Assembly (NCBI GenBank): GCA_036785375.1
Contig: JAWMAR010000006.1
Location: 3,472,001-3,536,000 of the forward strand
DNA: 64,000 nucleotides
From: Leucoraja ocellata
Taxonomy: Eukaryota
Direction of reading: 5' to 3'
Shown one piece after another: positions 13,415-23,851 of this stretch (positions are counted from its first letter, which is position 1; each line of letters starts with the position of its first letter). Position numbers and translations under genes: made by a program. Under the pieces are notes generated by a model. That model worked only from the letters and a program-made list of their open reading frames with translations. It was not told the DNA's origin and ran no database searches.

Positions 13415-14950
13415 GTAGAGGAACCAACGAGAGAGCAGGCTATTTTAGACTGGGTATTGAGTAATGAGGAAGGGTTAGTTAGCAATCTTGTTGTACTGCC
13501 CCCTTGGGCAAGAGTGACCATAATATGGTTGAGTTCTTCATTAGGCAGGCAGTGACTAGTGGGGTACCGCAAGGCTCAGTGCTGGGACCCCAGCTATTTA
13601 CAATATATATTAATGATCTGGATGAGGGAATTGAAGGCAATATCTCCAAGTTTGCGGATGACACTAAGCTGGGGGACAGTGTTAGCTGTGAGGAGGATGC
13701 TAGGAGACTGCAAGGTGACTTGGATAGGCTGGGTGAGTGGGCAAATGTTTGGCAGATGCAGTATAATGTGGATAAATGTGAGGTTATCCATTTTGGTGGC
13801 AAAAACAGGAAAGCAGACTATTATCTAAATGGCGGCCGACTAGGAAAAGGGGAGATGCAGCGAGACCTGGGTGTCATGGTACACCAGTCATTGAAAGTAG
13901 GCATGCAGGTGCAGCAGGCAGTGAAGAAAGCGAATGGTATGTTAGCTTTCATAGCGAAAGGATTTGAGTATAGGAGCAGGGAGTTTCTACTGCAGTTGTA
14001 CAGGGTCTTGGTGAGACCACACCTGGAGTATTGCGTACAGTTTTGGTCTCCAAATCTGAGGAAGGACATTATTGCCATAGAGGGAGTGCAGAGAAGGTTC
14101 ACCAGACTGATTCCTGGGATGTCATAGAAACATAGAAACATAGAAATTAGGTGCAGGAGTAGGCCATTCGGCCCTTCGAGCCTGCACCGCCATTTAATAT
14201 GATCATGGCTGATCATCCAACTCAGTATCCCGTACCTGCCTTTTCTCCATACCCTCTGATCCCCTTGTCAGGACTGTCTTATGAAGAAAGACTGGATACA
14301 CTTGGTTTATACTCTCTAGAATTTAGGAGAATGAGAGGGGATCTTATAGAAACTTACAAAATTCTTAAGGGGTTGGACAGACTAGATGCAGGAAGATTGC
14401 TCCCGATGTTGGGGAAGTCCAGGACAAGGGGTCACAGCTTAAGGATAAGGGGGAAATCCTTTAAAACCGAGATGAGAAGAACCTTTTTCACACAGAGAGT
14501 GGTGAATCTCTGGAACTCTCTGCCGCAGAGGGTAGTCGAGGCCAGTTCATTGGCTATATTTAAGAGGGAGTTAGATGTGGCCCTTGTGGCTAAGGGGATC
14601 AGAGGGTATGGAGAGAAGGCAGGTACGGGATACTGAGTTGGATGATCAGCCATGATCATATTGAATGGCGGTGCAGGCTCGAAGGGCCGAATGGCCTACT
14701 CCTGCACCTAATTTCTATGTTTATATTATTTTCCAACGATCAATAGATTTACGATCAGTTCCTGTGGATTGGAGGATAGCTAATGCTATCCCACTTTTCA
14801 AGAAAGGAGCGAGAGAGAAAATGGGGAATTACAGACCAGTTAGCCTGACTTTGGTGGTGTGAAAGATGCTGGAGTCAATTATTAAAGATGTAATAATGGG
14901 GCATTTGGATAGCAGTAAAAGCATTAGTCCAAGTCAACATGGATTTATGA
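13415..14950 (+). mobile_element. CR1-type LINE ORF2 (RT to 3' end) with a nested inverted CR1 3' fragment at ~14124-14266
   Basis: ORF 13504-14127 has SGVPQGSVLGP..F..YINDL...SKFADDTKL, and ORF 14199-14636 continues to the C-terminus. The inserted piece is the reverse complement of the 3' tail at ~14600-14720. Confidence 0.92.
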
Positions 14951-15244
14951 TTTTACAATGCATTTAAGCCTCTCCCATTTTTATGAGATGAATTCCTGGA
15001 ATATGCAGGAAGTTTATTGTAACCTAGTGCTACTTGCCTGAACAATGGATGATATATCACTTAAATGCAATTGTTTTCAGTTGTGTGGAGAGACCTGTAT
15101 ATTGAAAATGTGTTTTGCCTCTAATATGTCAATTTACCTTAAATGTAGAAGAGCTTATTAAAATCTTCTTACAAAGACAATTAAGTATTTTCTATCTATC
15201 CTCTTTTGGACCCAAGGCATAGCAGAGCTGCCAACTCTCACGAA

Positions 15245-15308
15245 GAGGTAAGGGAGGGAGAGATGGAAGGGTGGGAGAGAGGGAAGGGAAGGAGATCGCG
15301 AAGAGAGG

Positions 15309-15342
<34 letters not shown>

Positions 15343-15510
15343 GAGAGAAGAGAGGGGAGCGAGAGATCGAGAGGAGGGGAGAGAGAGATCGAGAGAAGAG
15401 AGGGAGAAGGGGGGAGAGGGAGAAGGGGGAGAGGGAGAAGGGGAAAGGGGGGGACAGGGAGAAGGGGGACAGGGACAAGGGGGAGAGGGAGAAGGGGGAG
15501 AGGGAGAGTG
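15245..15510. repeat. (GA)n / G-A-rich low-complexity tract
   Basis: Direct observation. Confidence 0.9.
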
Positions 15511-16254
15511 GAACGATAGCACATTATAACGCGCAGCCGTCCCATTCCGACCAAAGATTATAGAGCAGAGCTCCACTAGTATCTTTGATTGCGGCCGCCG
15601 CCACCGAACCCCCCAACCCACCATTGCACCCAAAGATGATAGAGCAGAGTTATATAATATTTGATTGCACCCTTCTTCACGGCGGGCTTGTGATGTCTTG
15701 TATGCATGTGAGTGTTGTTTGCTATGTCCCTATGTTCGAGGAATATAACGGGTAACAGCCGCCCATTCTCGGACTCAAAAAATCTCCTGGTCACTGGACC
15801 TAATGTGTCCGCGGGCCATATTGTGCAGACTAATCCCTTACAAAACAAAACCAAAAACGTACAGAAGTGTTAAAATTGTCTTTATTATTGTGGTGAGTAA
15901 AGAACTATTAAAAATAAGTCTAATAACTTTCTAATGTACCGACTAATGTTTCCCAATGGCCGTTGATGGGAGAACAGAAAATACAATTTTCACGACAGAA
16001 TATCGACTGAAAATAATAAAAATATTTTCTCACCTTTCTTTTTTATTGGGGAACCTAAAGAATGACAGGTTGGGTCGTTTAGATTTACGATTAGAATACT
16101 TGATAGCAGAGCAGTGAGATGAAATTTAGATAAGGGCGCCATGACAGTGTGGGGGAAGCTCAATAAAATGCTTAACAATATGGCGTCGACGGTCACACAC
16201 GTCATACTACGCGTTTTTCGAGGAGTGGTCTATCTTGTCCCTCTACGATCTTTG

Positions 16255-16933
16255 GTGGCGCGGGTCACGTGCCGACGGAGTTGGGAGCGCGCGGGGTGTG
16301 AGGCCGCTCGGGGCCGGGAGCGCGCGGTCGGGTGAGGGCGCGGAGCAGAATCAGGCGGGGACGATCAGTCGGGTGAGGGCGCGCAGCTGGAGTCAGGCGG
16401 GGACGCGCAGCTGGAGTCAGGTGAGGGTGCGGAGCTGAGTCAGGCGGGGACGCGCAGCTGGAGTCAGGCGGGGGCGCGGAGCTGGAGTCAGGCGGGGGCG
16501 CGGAGCTGGAGTCAGGCGGGGGCGCGCAGCTGGAGTCAGGCGGGGACGCGCAGCTGGAGTCAGGTGAGGACGCGCAGCTGGAGTCAGGTGAGGGTGCGGA
16601 GCTGAGTCAGGCGGGGGCGCGCAGGATCAGGCCGCTCGGAAGCGGCGCAGGAGTTGAGTCGGGCCGGCGAGCGAGTGCGTGCAAAGCTCTATGATCTTTG
16701 GAGTGTGTGTCCGTCCGACCGTCCACAGCTCCGCGCCCTCCAGTTGCAGGCGGCCTTTGGCCCGTGTCCAGGGTGGGGTTGAGCTCGGTCCGGTCCGGTC
16801 CGGTCCGGTCATCCCCCACCGACCCCGTCTGTCGTCCATGTCCCGGAGCTCGGACATCCGTGAGTCCCCTCTCTTCGTTTGTAAATATGCTTTTGTCTTG
16901 TGATCACCGTGACAATGATTTGCCATCAGGAAG
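16255..16933 (+). promoter_or_regulatory. CTNS: CpG island: probable CTNS promoter and non-coding first exon
   Basis: Very GC/CpG-rich. CLEAR-like GTCACGTGCC at 16264-16273. Candidate donors cc|gtgagt (16860) and aag|gtaggg (16934). It is the nearest CpG island upstream of the ATG exon. Confidence 0.7.
16340..16632. repeat. GC-rich minisatellite, ~24-bp unit GCGCAGCTGGAGTCAGGCGGGGAC, about 11-12 variant copies
   Basis: Direct observation of tandem units. Confidence 0.92.
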
Positions 16934-17652
16934 GTAGGGTCAAGCGGGGATTTTCATGTGCTCAGTCAGTGTTTGGCTTGTAACTATGGTATTCTGTGGA
17001 ATAACGTGTCAGCAAGTTTGTGTCCAAACAAGATTAATGCTGCTATAACGACATGTTAAAGAATTACAAGAATCAGTCTGAAGAAGGATCCTGGCCCGAA
17101 ACTTCACGTGTCCATGTTCTCCAGAGATGCTGCCTGGGCCGCTGAGACTTCAGCACTCTGCTTCTTTCTTTGCAAACCAGCATTTGCAGTTCCTTAATTT
17201 CTCTTCCGTAAAGGACTGTAAGCCTGTACCGTATCTTCTTACTTTCCCAGCCTGACTGCAGCATCCGAGGTCCTGATTATTTGCGTAGGAAGGAACTACA
17301 TATAATGGTTTACACTGAAGATAGATACAAAATGCTGGAGTAACTCAGCGGGACAGGCAGCATTTCTGGAAAACGAGCCTGAAGAAGAGTCTCGAACCGG
17401 AACGTCAGCCATCCTTTCTCTCCAGCGGTGCTGCCTGTCCCGCTAAGTTATTCCAGTATGTTGTGTCTAACCTGATTGTTTGACCGTCTCCCCCTTTCAA
17501 ATCACTTCAACCCTGTGTATCTAATGTTCCCGGTCCATTCCCTCCCCGGCGCATTGTGGACGCAGCCCAGACCATCACACAGCATAGCAGTATAATCAAG
17601 GACGTGTTGCAACCCTGGCCACTCCGTCTTCACCCCTCTCCCATCAAGCAAA

Positions 17653-18574
17653 AGGGGGTGTGCACGTAAGGTCCCCGGGCATAGGGCTTGACGCACGGAG
17701 CCGCTCAATCCATCTGGAGGACATCCGTAACTTCCGGTATATGTTATTAATGCAAGATATGCGTACTTTCCTACCTGTTAAAAACCGCCAAAATGTTACA
17801 TTTTTGCGCTGTAAAAAATTGTGGAAATCGGGGTAAGCGTGAGAGACATTTACCCAACTTCAGAATTCCAAAAGTGAAGCGAAATGAAGGTAAAGAGAAG
17901 CGAGAGCTGAAGGGAAGGGATGGGGAGGGGGGGCAACAACAGCTAAAGTGCTTGGCGAACATTGGCCGTGCAGATATCGGAATTGAAAATATTGGGAATT
18001 ATCGCGTTTGCTCACTGCATTTCATCAACAGTAAGGCATTATTTGTGGTTTTTCTTGATTCCTTTGCCGGTATCTAAAAAGTCTCAGAAGTGATCAATCT
18101 GGCTGTAAATTTTGCTTCAGAGGCGTTTTCTTTTTGTATGTAAAAACCCACTTGAGAACCATGGGCGATTTTAAAATCTTACAGTCAGATTTATCGCCTC
18201 TTAAACTTTTTAGATGCCAATGGAATCAAGAAAAAACACAAATAATGGGCCTTAGTTGATGAAATGCAGTGAGCAAACGACCAATATTTGCCATGCACTC
18301 TGTCTGTTGTTGTCCCTTCAGCTCTCGCTTCTATCTACGGTCATTTCTCCTCACTTTTGGAATTCTGAAGTAGGCTAAATGTCTCTCACGCTTATCCCGA
18401 TTTCCATAATTATTTACAGTGCAAAAATTGACAATTTTGGCGGGTTTTAACGGGCCCACTACGCTGGGAAGAATGGTCAGTGCTTACCTGCAGTTCATCG
18501 CGTGTACTCCAGTTGGCGTAGTGTAGCAACAGTCCGGGTCATTGGACGTGACCCGACTGCAGTGAAACCTCCCT
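17653..18574. mobile_element. Fold-back THAP-carrying TIR element (ISL2EU-like) inserted in an older LINE 3' end
   Basis: ORF 17793-18077 MLHFCAVKNC...FRIP...YRVCSLHF carries the THAP C2CH signature. A degenerate reversed copy lies at ~18200-18455. Ends are AGGG.../...CCCT|AT. Confidence 0.75.
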
Positions 18575-18794
18575 ATAGAAGTGTGAAAACGCACACCACC
18601 GGATTCAGACACAATATCTTCCCAGCTGTTTTCAGGCAACTGAATCATCCTACCACAACCAGAGAGCACTACTGAACTACTATCTACCTCGGACTATCCG
18701 TAATCGGACTTCACCTTGCACTAAATGTTATTTCCTTATCATGGATCTTAACACTGTAAATGGCTCGATTGTAATCATGTATTGTCTTTCTGCT

Positions 18795-19010
18795 GAAGAT
18801 AGACACAAAAAGCTGGAGTAACTCAACGGGACCGGCAGCATCACTGGAGAGAAGGAATGGGCGACATTTCGGGTTGAGACCCTTCTTCAGTCTCGACCCG
18901 AAACGTCACCCATTCCTTCTCTCCGGAGATGCTGCCTGTCCTGCTGAGTTACCCCAGCATTTTGTATCTATCTTGGGTTTAAACGAGCATCTGCAGTTCC
19001 TACCTACACA
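18795..19010. mobile_element. Short palindromic Penelope-derived element (two inverted terminal repeats); similar units at ~17290-17470, 19360-19590, 24495-24720, 47060-47260, 49160-49375
   Basis: The left arm gatagacacaaaa.gctggagtaactca...cccttcttcag is mirrored by the right arm cccgaaacgtcacccattcc...tgagttac.ccagcattttgt.tctatc. Confidence 0.8.
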
Positions 19011-21123
19011 TATTGTCTTTCTGCTGACTGGTTAGCACGCAACAAAAGCTTTTCACTGTATCCGGGGTACACGTGACAATAAACTAAACTGAACTGACAG
19101 ATGCTGTCAAACAGAGTTCCTGAGGCACTCTGTGTTTTGCTGGTGTTGATGAATAGTTAGCCAGCACACCCACTAAACCCACTATCAGTACTCCACTCCA
19201 TGACGGCTTGACACAATTACCCGGCCTTGTGGACTTGACTCATGACATTTCCAGAGTTTACTAATTTACTTCCATTACTGGGGGAAACCCACAGGGGAAA
19301 GGTTACATAAACTTGTTGGAAACAAATTTGTGAGGAGAGATAAACTTAAGAGACAGAGATACATGGAAATGCAGATGCTCGTTACCAAAACAAAATGCAC
19401 AAAGTGCTTGTGTAATTCAATTGATCAGGCAGCATCTTTGGAGCACATGGACTGGTGTCATTTTGGCTCCGTTTCCATCTGCAGACTTAGAAGGATCCCG
19501 GACCGAAACATTGCTAATCCATGACCTCCTGGGATGTTGCCAGGCCTGTTAAATTACTCATGCACTTTATGTTTTTTGACTGGTAGCATAAAAGACATTG
19601 CACCGGAGGCGTTGAAAATAAGTGGGGGGGGGGGGAGGGGGGAAGATGTTTGTTGACAGACTGGGTTGGAGAGACCAAGGGGATCGCTAATGTGGACCGG
19701 TAAAGGTGGGTGAGAGCAGAAATGTGGGAAAGTGAAAGAATGGTGTTAAAAATCCACACAACTATGATGGAGAGGAATTATTGGTTCAGTGGAAATATTG
19801 TTGCTGGATGTGGTATTATCCAAATAGATGCAAAGTAGATGTGGTATTGAAAGCAAGGTAGTGGAAAAGAAGTATAGTTAAGTTACAGTAAAACTGATTG
19901 CACTGCCAGGCTATCTTCCCCTCTCCACTCCTTTCTGCTTTCCACAGGGACCACTCTCTTGATGACTTCTTGGTCTGCTCATCCCTTCCCATCCCCCAAC
20001 ACCTTCCCCAGGAAATGCAGGAGGTGCACCGCTTATTCCAACACCTCCTCCCTCACCACCATCCAGCGACCTTAGCAACCCTTCCAAGTGCGGCAAAGAT
20101 TCATATGCTCTTCCTACAATATCATCTACTGCATTCAGTCCCTGTTTGAAAGACAGAATGTCCCGTCACATACCTGGGAACATATTGCTAGATGTTTGTA
20201 TCAAATTTAGAAGCACCCTGCCATTGATGTTGTGGGAGACCTGCTGAGTGGTTTACAGCACAGCCCACCATCACTACTCTCGAGGGTAATAATGCTGACT
20301 AGTGATGTCACGACCTGTAAATCAATTTAAAAGTGCACATTTTAAAATCAAGCTGCGCTATTTTCAGTTATAAAACATAATGGTGGTAATAAGGATATAA
20401 ATTTGCAGCATATTTAAAACAAACCTTGATTACTGTCAGTACGTCTTTTTACATGTTATAAGTAGATGAAAGAGAATTTAAATTGTATTTGAAAATAAGT
20501 AATGGAGGGGGCGGGGCGAGGAGAGGGAAGGGGGAGGGGTCACATTTTAAAATAACGATTGCTTTTTCAAACTGCTGGTTTTATCTTGCCTAATTTAAAA
20601 CTATTTTAAACTGATAATGTTGGGGACTACTTACTCATGCAGTCACAAGAAATCAGGCACATTTTTCCCCTGAGAATGCATCTTGGCCAGAGTATAAATG
20701 GGAAAATAGATCACTTGAATTTTAAGGCAAAGTGTCTGTTAACAGCTATTGAACAAGGCAAGTAAATGGAGTTAAACAGATCCGTCATAAACTCACACAG
20801 TGGTGATAGGGGACAGACTGAGGGCTGAATGTCACAGCCTTGTGCCAATGCTGATTTCTTCGTTGAGATTGCCAGTCAAATTTGAAAGTACTGATAGTTT
20901 CGTAAAACCCAAAGACAGAAATTAAAGGAAAACTTTGCTCTATAGAACAAATCATATCTTGTTTTATGGAATATTATAGATCTGAATTAAGAATTCAATT
21001 TTGCTTGCAGAGACCATCAGTCATGGAGCTATAAAGCATGGAAACGGGCCCTTCGGCCCACCCTGTCCATGCCAACCAAATTTGCGAAGTGAGCTAGTCC
21101 CATTACCCTGCATTTTGCTCTTA

Positions 21124-22706
21124 CAGTGCCCTCCATAATGTTTGGGACAAAGACCCATTATTTATTTGCCTCTGTACTCCACAATTTGAGCTTTGTAATA
21201 GAAAAAAAAATCACATGTGGTTAAAGTGCACATTGTCAGATTTTAATAAAGGGTATTTTTATACATTTTGGTTTCACCATGTAGACATTACAGCAGTGGT
21301 TATACCCCTCATTTCAGGGCACCATAATGTTTGGGACACAGCAATGTCATGTAAATTAAAGTATTTACTGTATGTTTAGTATGTTGCATATCCTTGCATG
21401 CAATGACTGCTTGAAGTATGCGATTCATGGACATCACCAGTTGCTGGGTGTCTTCTCTGGTGATGCTCTGCCAGGCCTGTATTGCAGCCATCTTTAGCTT
21501 ATGCTTGTTTTGGGGGCCGGTCCCATTCAGTTTTCTCTTCAGCATATAAATGGCATGTTCTATTGGTTCAGTTCCGGGATTAACTTGGCCACCCAAGAAT
21601 TGACTTTTTTAGCTTTCAAAAACTCCTTTGTTGCTTGAGCAGTATGTTTGGGATCATTGGCTTACTAGAATGAACTGCCGGACAATGAGTTTTGAGGCAT
21701 TTGTTTGAACTTGAGCAGATAGGATGTGTCTATACACTTCAGAATTCATGATGCTACCACCATCAGCAGTTGTATCATTCATAAGTGTGTTTCACAGATG
21801 AGGTGATATGCTTTGGATCTTGGGCAGTTCCTTGTCTCCTCCATACTTTGCTCTTGCCATCACTCTGATATAAGTTAATCTTCATCTCATCTGTCCACAA
21901 GATCTTTTTCTAGAACTGTGATTGCTCTTTTAAGTACTTATTGGCAAATTGTAATCTGGCCATCCTATTTTTGCGGCTAACCAGCGGTTTGCATCTTGCA
22001 GTGTAGCCTCTGTATTTCTGTTCATGAAGTCTTCAGCGGACAGCGGTCATTGACAAATCCACACCTGACTCCTGAAGAATGTTGGACTGGTGTTTGGGGA
22101 TTTTTCTTTATTATGGAGAGAATTCTTCTGTCATCAGCTGTGGAGGTCTTCCTTGGCCTGCCAGTCCCTTTGTGATTAGTAGGCTCAACAGTGCTCTCTT
22201 TCTTCTTAATAATGTTCCTAACATTTGATTTGGGTAGTCTAAGGTTTGGCTGATGTCTCTAACAGTTGTATTTTTGTTTCTTAGTCTCATAATGGCTTCT
22301 TTGACTTTCATTAGCACAACTTTGGTCCTCATGTTGATAAACAGCAATAAAAGTTTCCAAAGGTGATGGAAAGATTGGAAGAAAGACTAGGTGCTGAGAG
22401 CTCTCTTATACCTGCATTAAGGAGGCAATTAAACACACCTGAGCAATTACAAACACCTGTGTAGCCATGTGTCCCAAACATTATAGAGCGCTGAAATTTG
22501 GTGGGGATGACGACTATATATAAACTCTGCTGTAATTTCTACATGGTGAAACCAAAATGTATAAAAATACCCTTTAATAAAATCTGTCAACATGCACTTT
22601 AATCAAATGTGATTTTTTTTTTCCCTACTACAAATCTCAAATTATGGAGTACAGAGGCAATTAAATAAATGACGGGTCTATGTCCCAAACATTATGGAGG
22701 GCACTG
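21124..22706 (-). mobile_element. Tc1-family transposon, near full length, degenerate transposase
   Basis: TA|CAGTGCCCTCCATAATGTTTGGGACA...TGTCCCAAACATTATGGAGGGCACTG long TIRs with an internal direct repeat. Transposase pieces in ORFs 22111-22347 (N-terminal HTH) and 21309-21596 (PIEH..LKRKL...AWQSI...LV.SM..LQAVI). Confidence 0.9.
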
Positions 22707-23083
22707 TGTCTGTCTAAATCCTTCCTATTGCATAAAATCAGTCCAAATGTCTTTTAAAAATCATAATTGTTTCCACTTCTGTAACTTCCTCTGGCAACTC
22801 ATTCCAAACACCCGACTATCTTCTGAATGAAGCAGTTTCCCCAGAGCTCCCGTTTGAATCTCACCTTAAGACTAGGCCCTCTAGTTTTTGATCCTCAATT
22901 CTAGCAAAAGTGTTCCCTTTATCCATGCCCCTCATGATCTTGACACAGTAAGGTCACTTCTCAGCCTCCTATGCTCCAAATATTGTAAATAAATAAAGCA
23001 TTGCCAAAGCCTGTCCTGGGGTTGCAAAAAAAAAAGATTATTGATGCTCATTTCTTGTCTCTGTCTAGGCTTAACTCTGAAGC

Positions 23084-23147
23084 ATGAAACTGTGTATAAT
23101 GCAGTTGGTTCCTGTCTGCTGTTTGTTCACACTCGCAGTACAAGGCC
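23084..23147 (+). CDS. CTNS: CTNS first coding exon (signal peptide)
   Basis: Acceptor tctag|(23069), agcATG AAA CTG..., donor C|gtaagt. Encodes the hydrophobic leader MKLCIMQLVPVCCLFTLAVQG. Phase 1, as in human CTNS. Confidence 0.8.
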
Positions 23148-23772
23148 GTAAGTATACAGAACGACCCAAATAGTTTGTCATGGTGTCTATTATGCATTCT
23201 GCCTACTTTATAGAAATCCTTCAGTAAAATCATGGCTGCTTCTGCGCCTCAAACCCATTTACCAATGTCCATATCCCTCATTTCCTTTACCATCCAAAAA
23301 TCTGATCTTGCCTTTGATGTACATTTGTTCGGCATATTCATAGTTCTCAGGAGTTTCAAAGTTTCCCAGTCCCCATATTTTTTCCCATCCCTGTTTGAAC
23401 ACCTTGAGTCTCCAGTTAAAGAAAATAGACTTGCAGCATATTGTGAATCAAGCTTGTCAATCCTTTTGGTAATTAGTTACATTTCAGTGAAACTACCTGT
23501 TCTTCTATACCTCAGATGAGAAAAGGCAAGACATGCTCAACAACTCCTTATGCATTCAAATACATCTCGATCCAGGAAGCAATATTCTGCAGTCAAACTG
23601 GCAGACTCTTTATTGCCCTCCTGATATGTGAGATGCATCACAGCATACATTCAATTGCCCATTTACAAACTCTTTCACTTCAGATTCACTCCTTTGCAGC
23701 TCTTTATAGCCATGTTGTTATGCTGATTCCTATTACAGAGGTAGAAAGTCAGTTATCTCTGTTTGTCCACAG

Positions 23773-23851
23773 AAACTACTGTGACACTTAAAGCACCAAA
23801 ATTTGTTGGTCTAGAAATTGGAAGTCCTCGAAACATCAGCGTTACTCCAAG
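23773..23851 (+). CDS. CTNS: CTNS coding exon 2
   Basis: ccacag|...ccaag|gtaggt. 79 bp, same as human c.62-140. (Q)TTVTLKAPKFVGLEIGSPRNISVTP aligns with [25 protein letters not shown]. Confidence 0.88.

Larger units (their letters stand above)
12705..16254. mobile_element. Non-autonomous TIR DNA transposon with 8-bp TSD (P-superfamily-like; hAT not excluded) inserted in the CTNS CpG island
   Basis: 34-bp perfect TIR CAAAGATCGTAGAGGGACAAGATAGACCACTCCT at 12705-12738, inverted at 16221-16254. Identical flanks GTGGCGCG at 12697-12704 and 16255-16262. Confidence 0.85.

Noticed and set aside
15040-15095. Minus-strand AG..GC-bounded segment tested as exon 2 for the MAPLSKFH ORF
   Set aside because: It has stop codons in all three frames.
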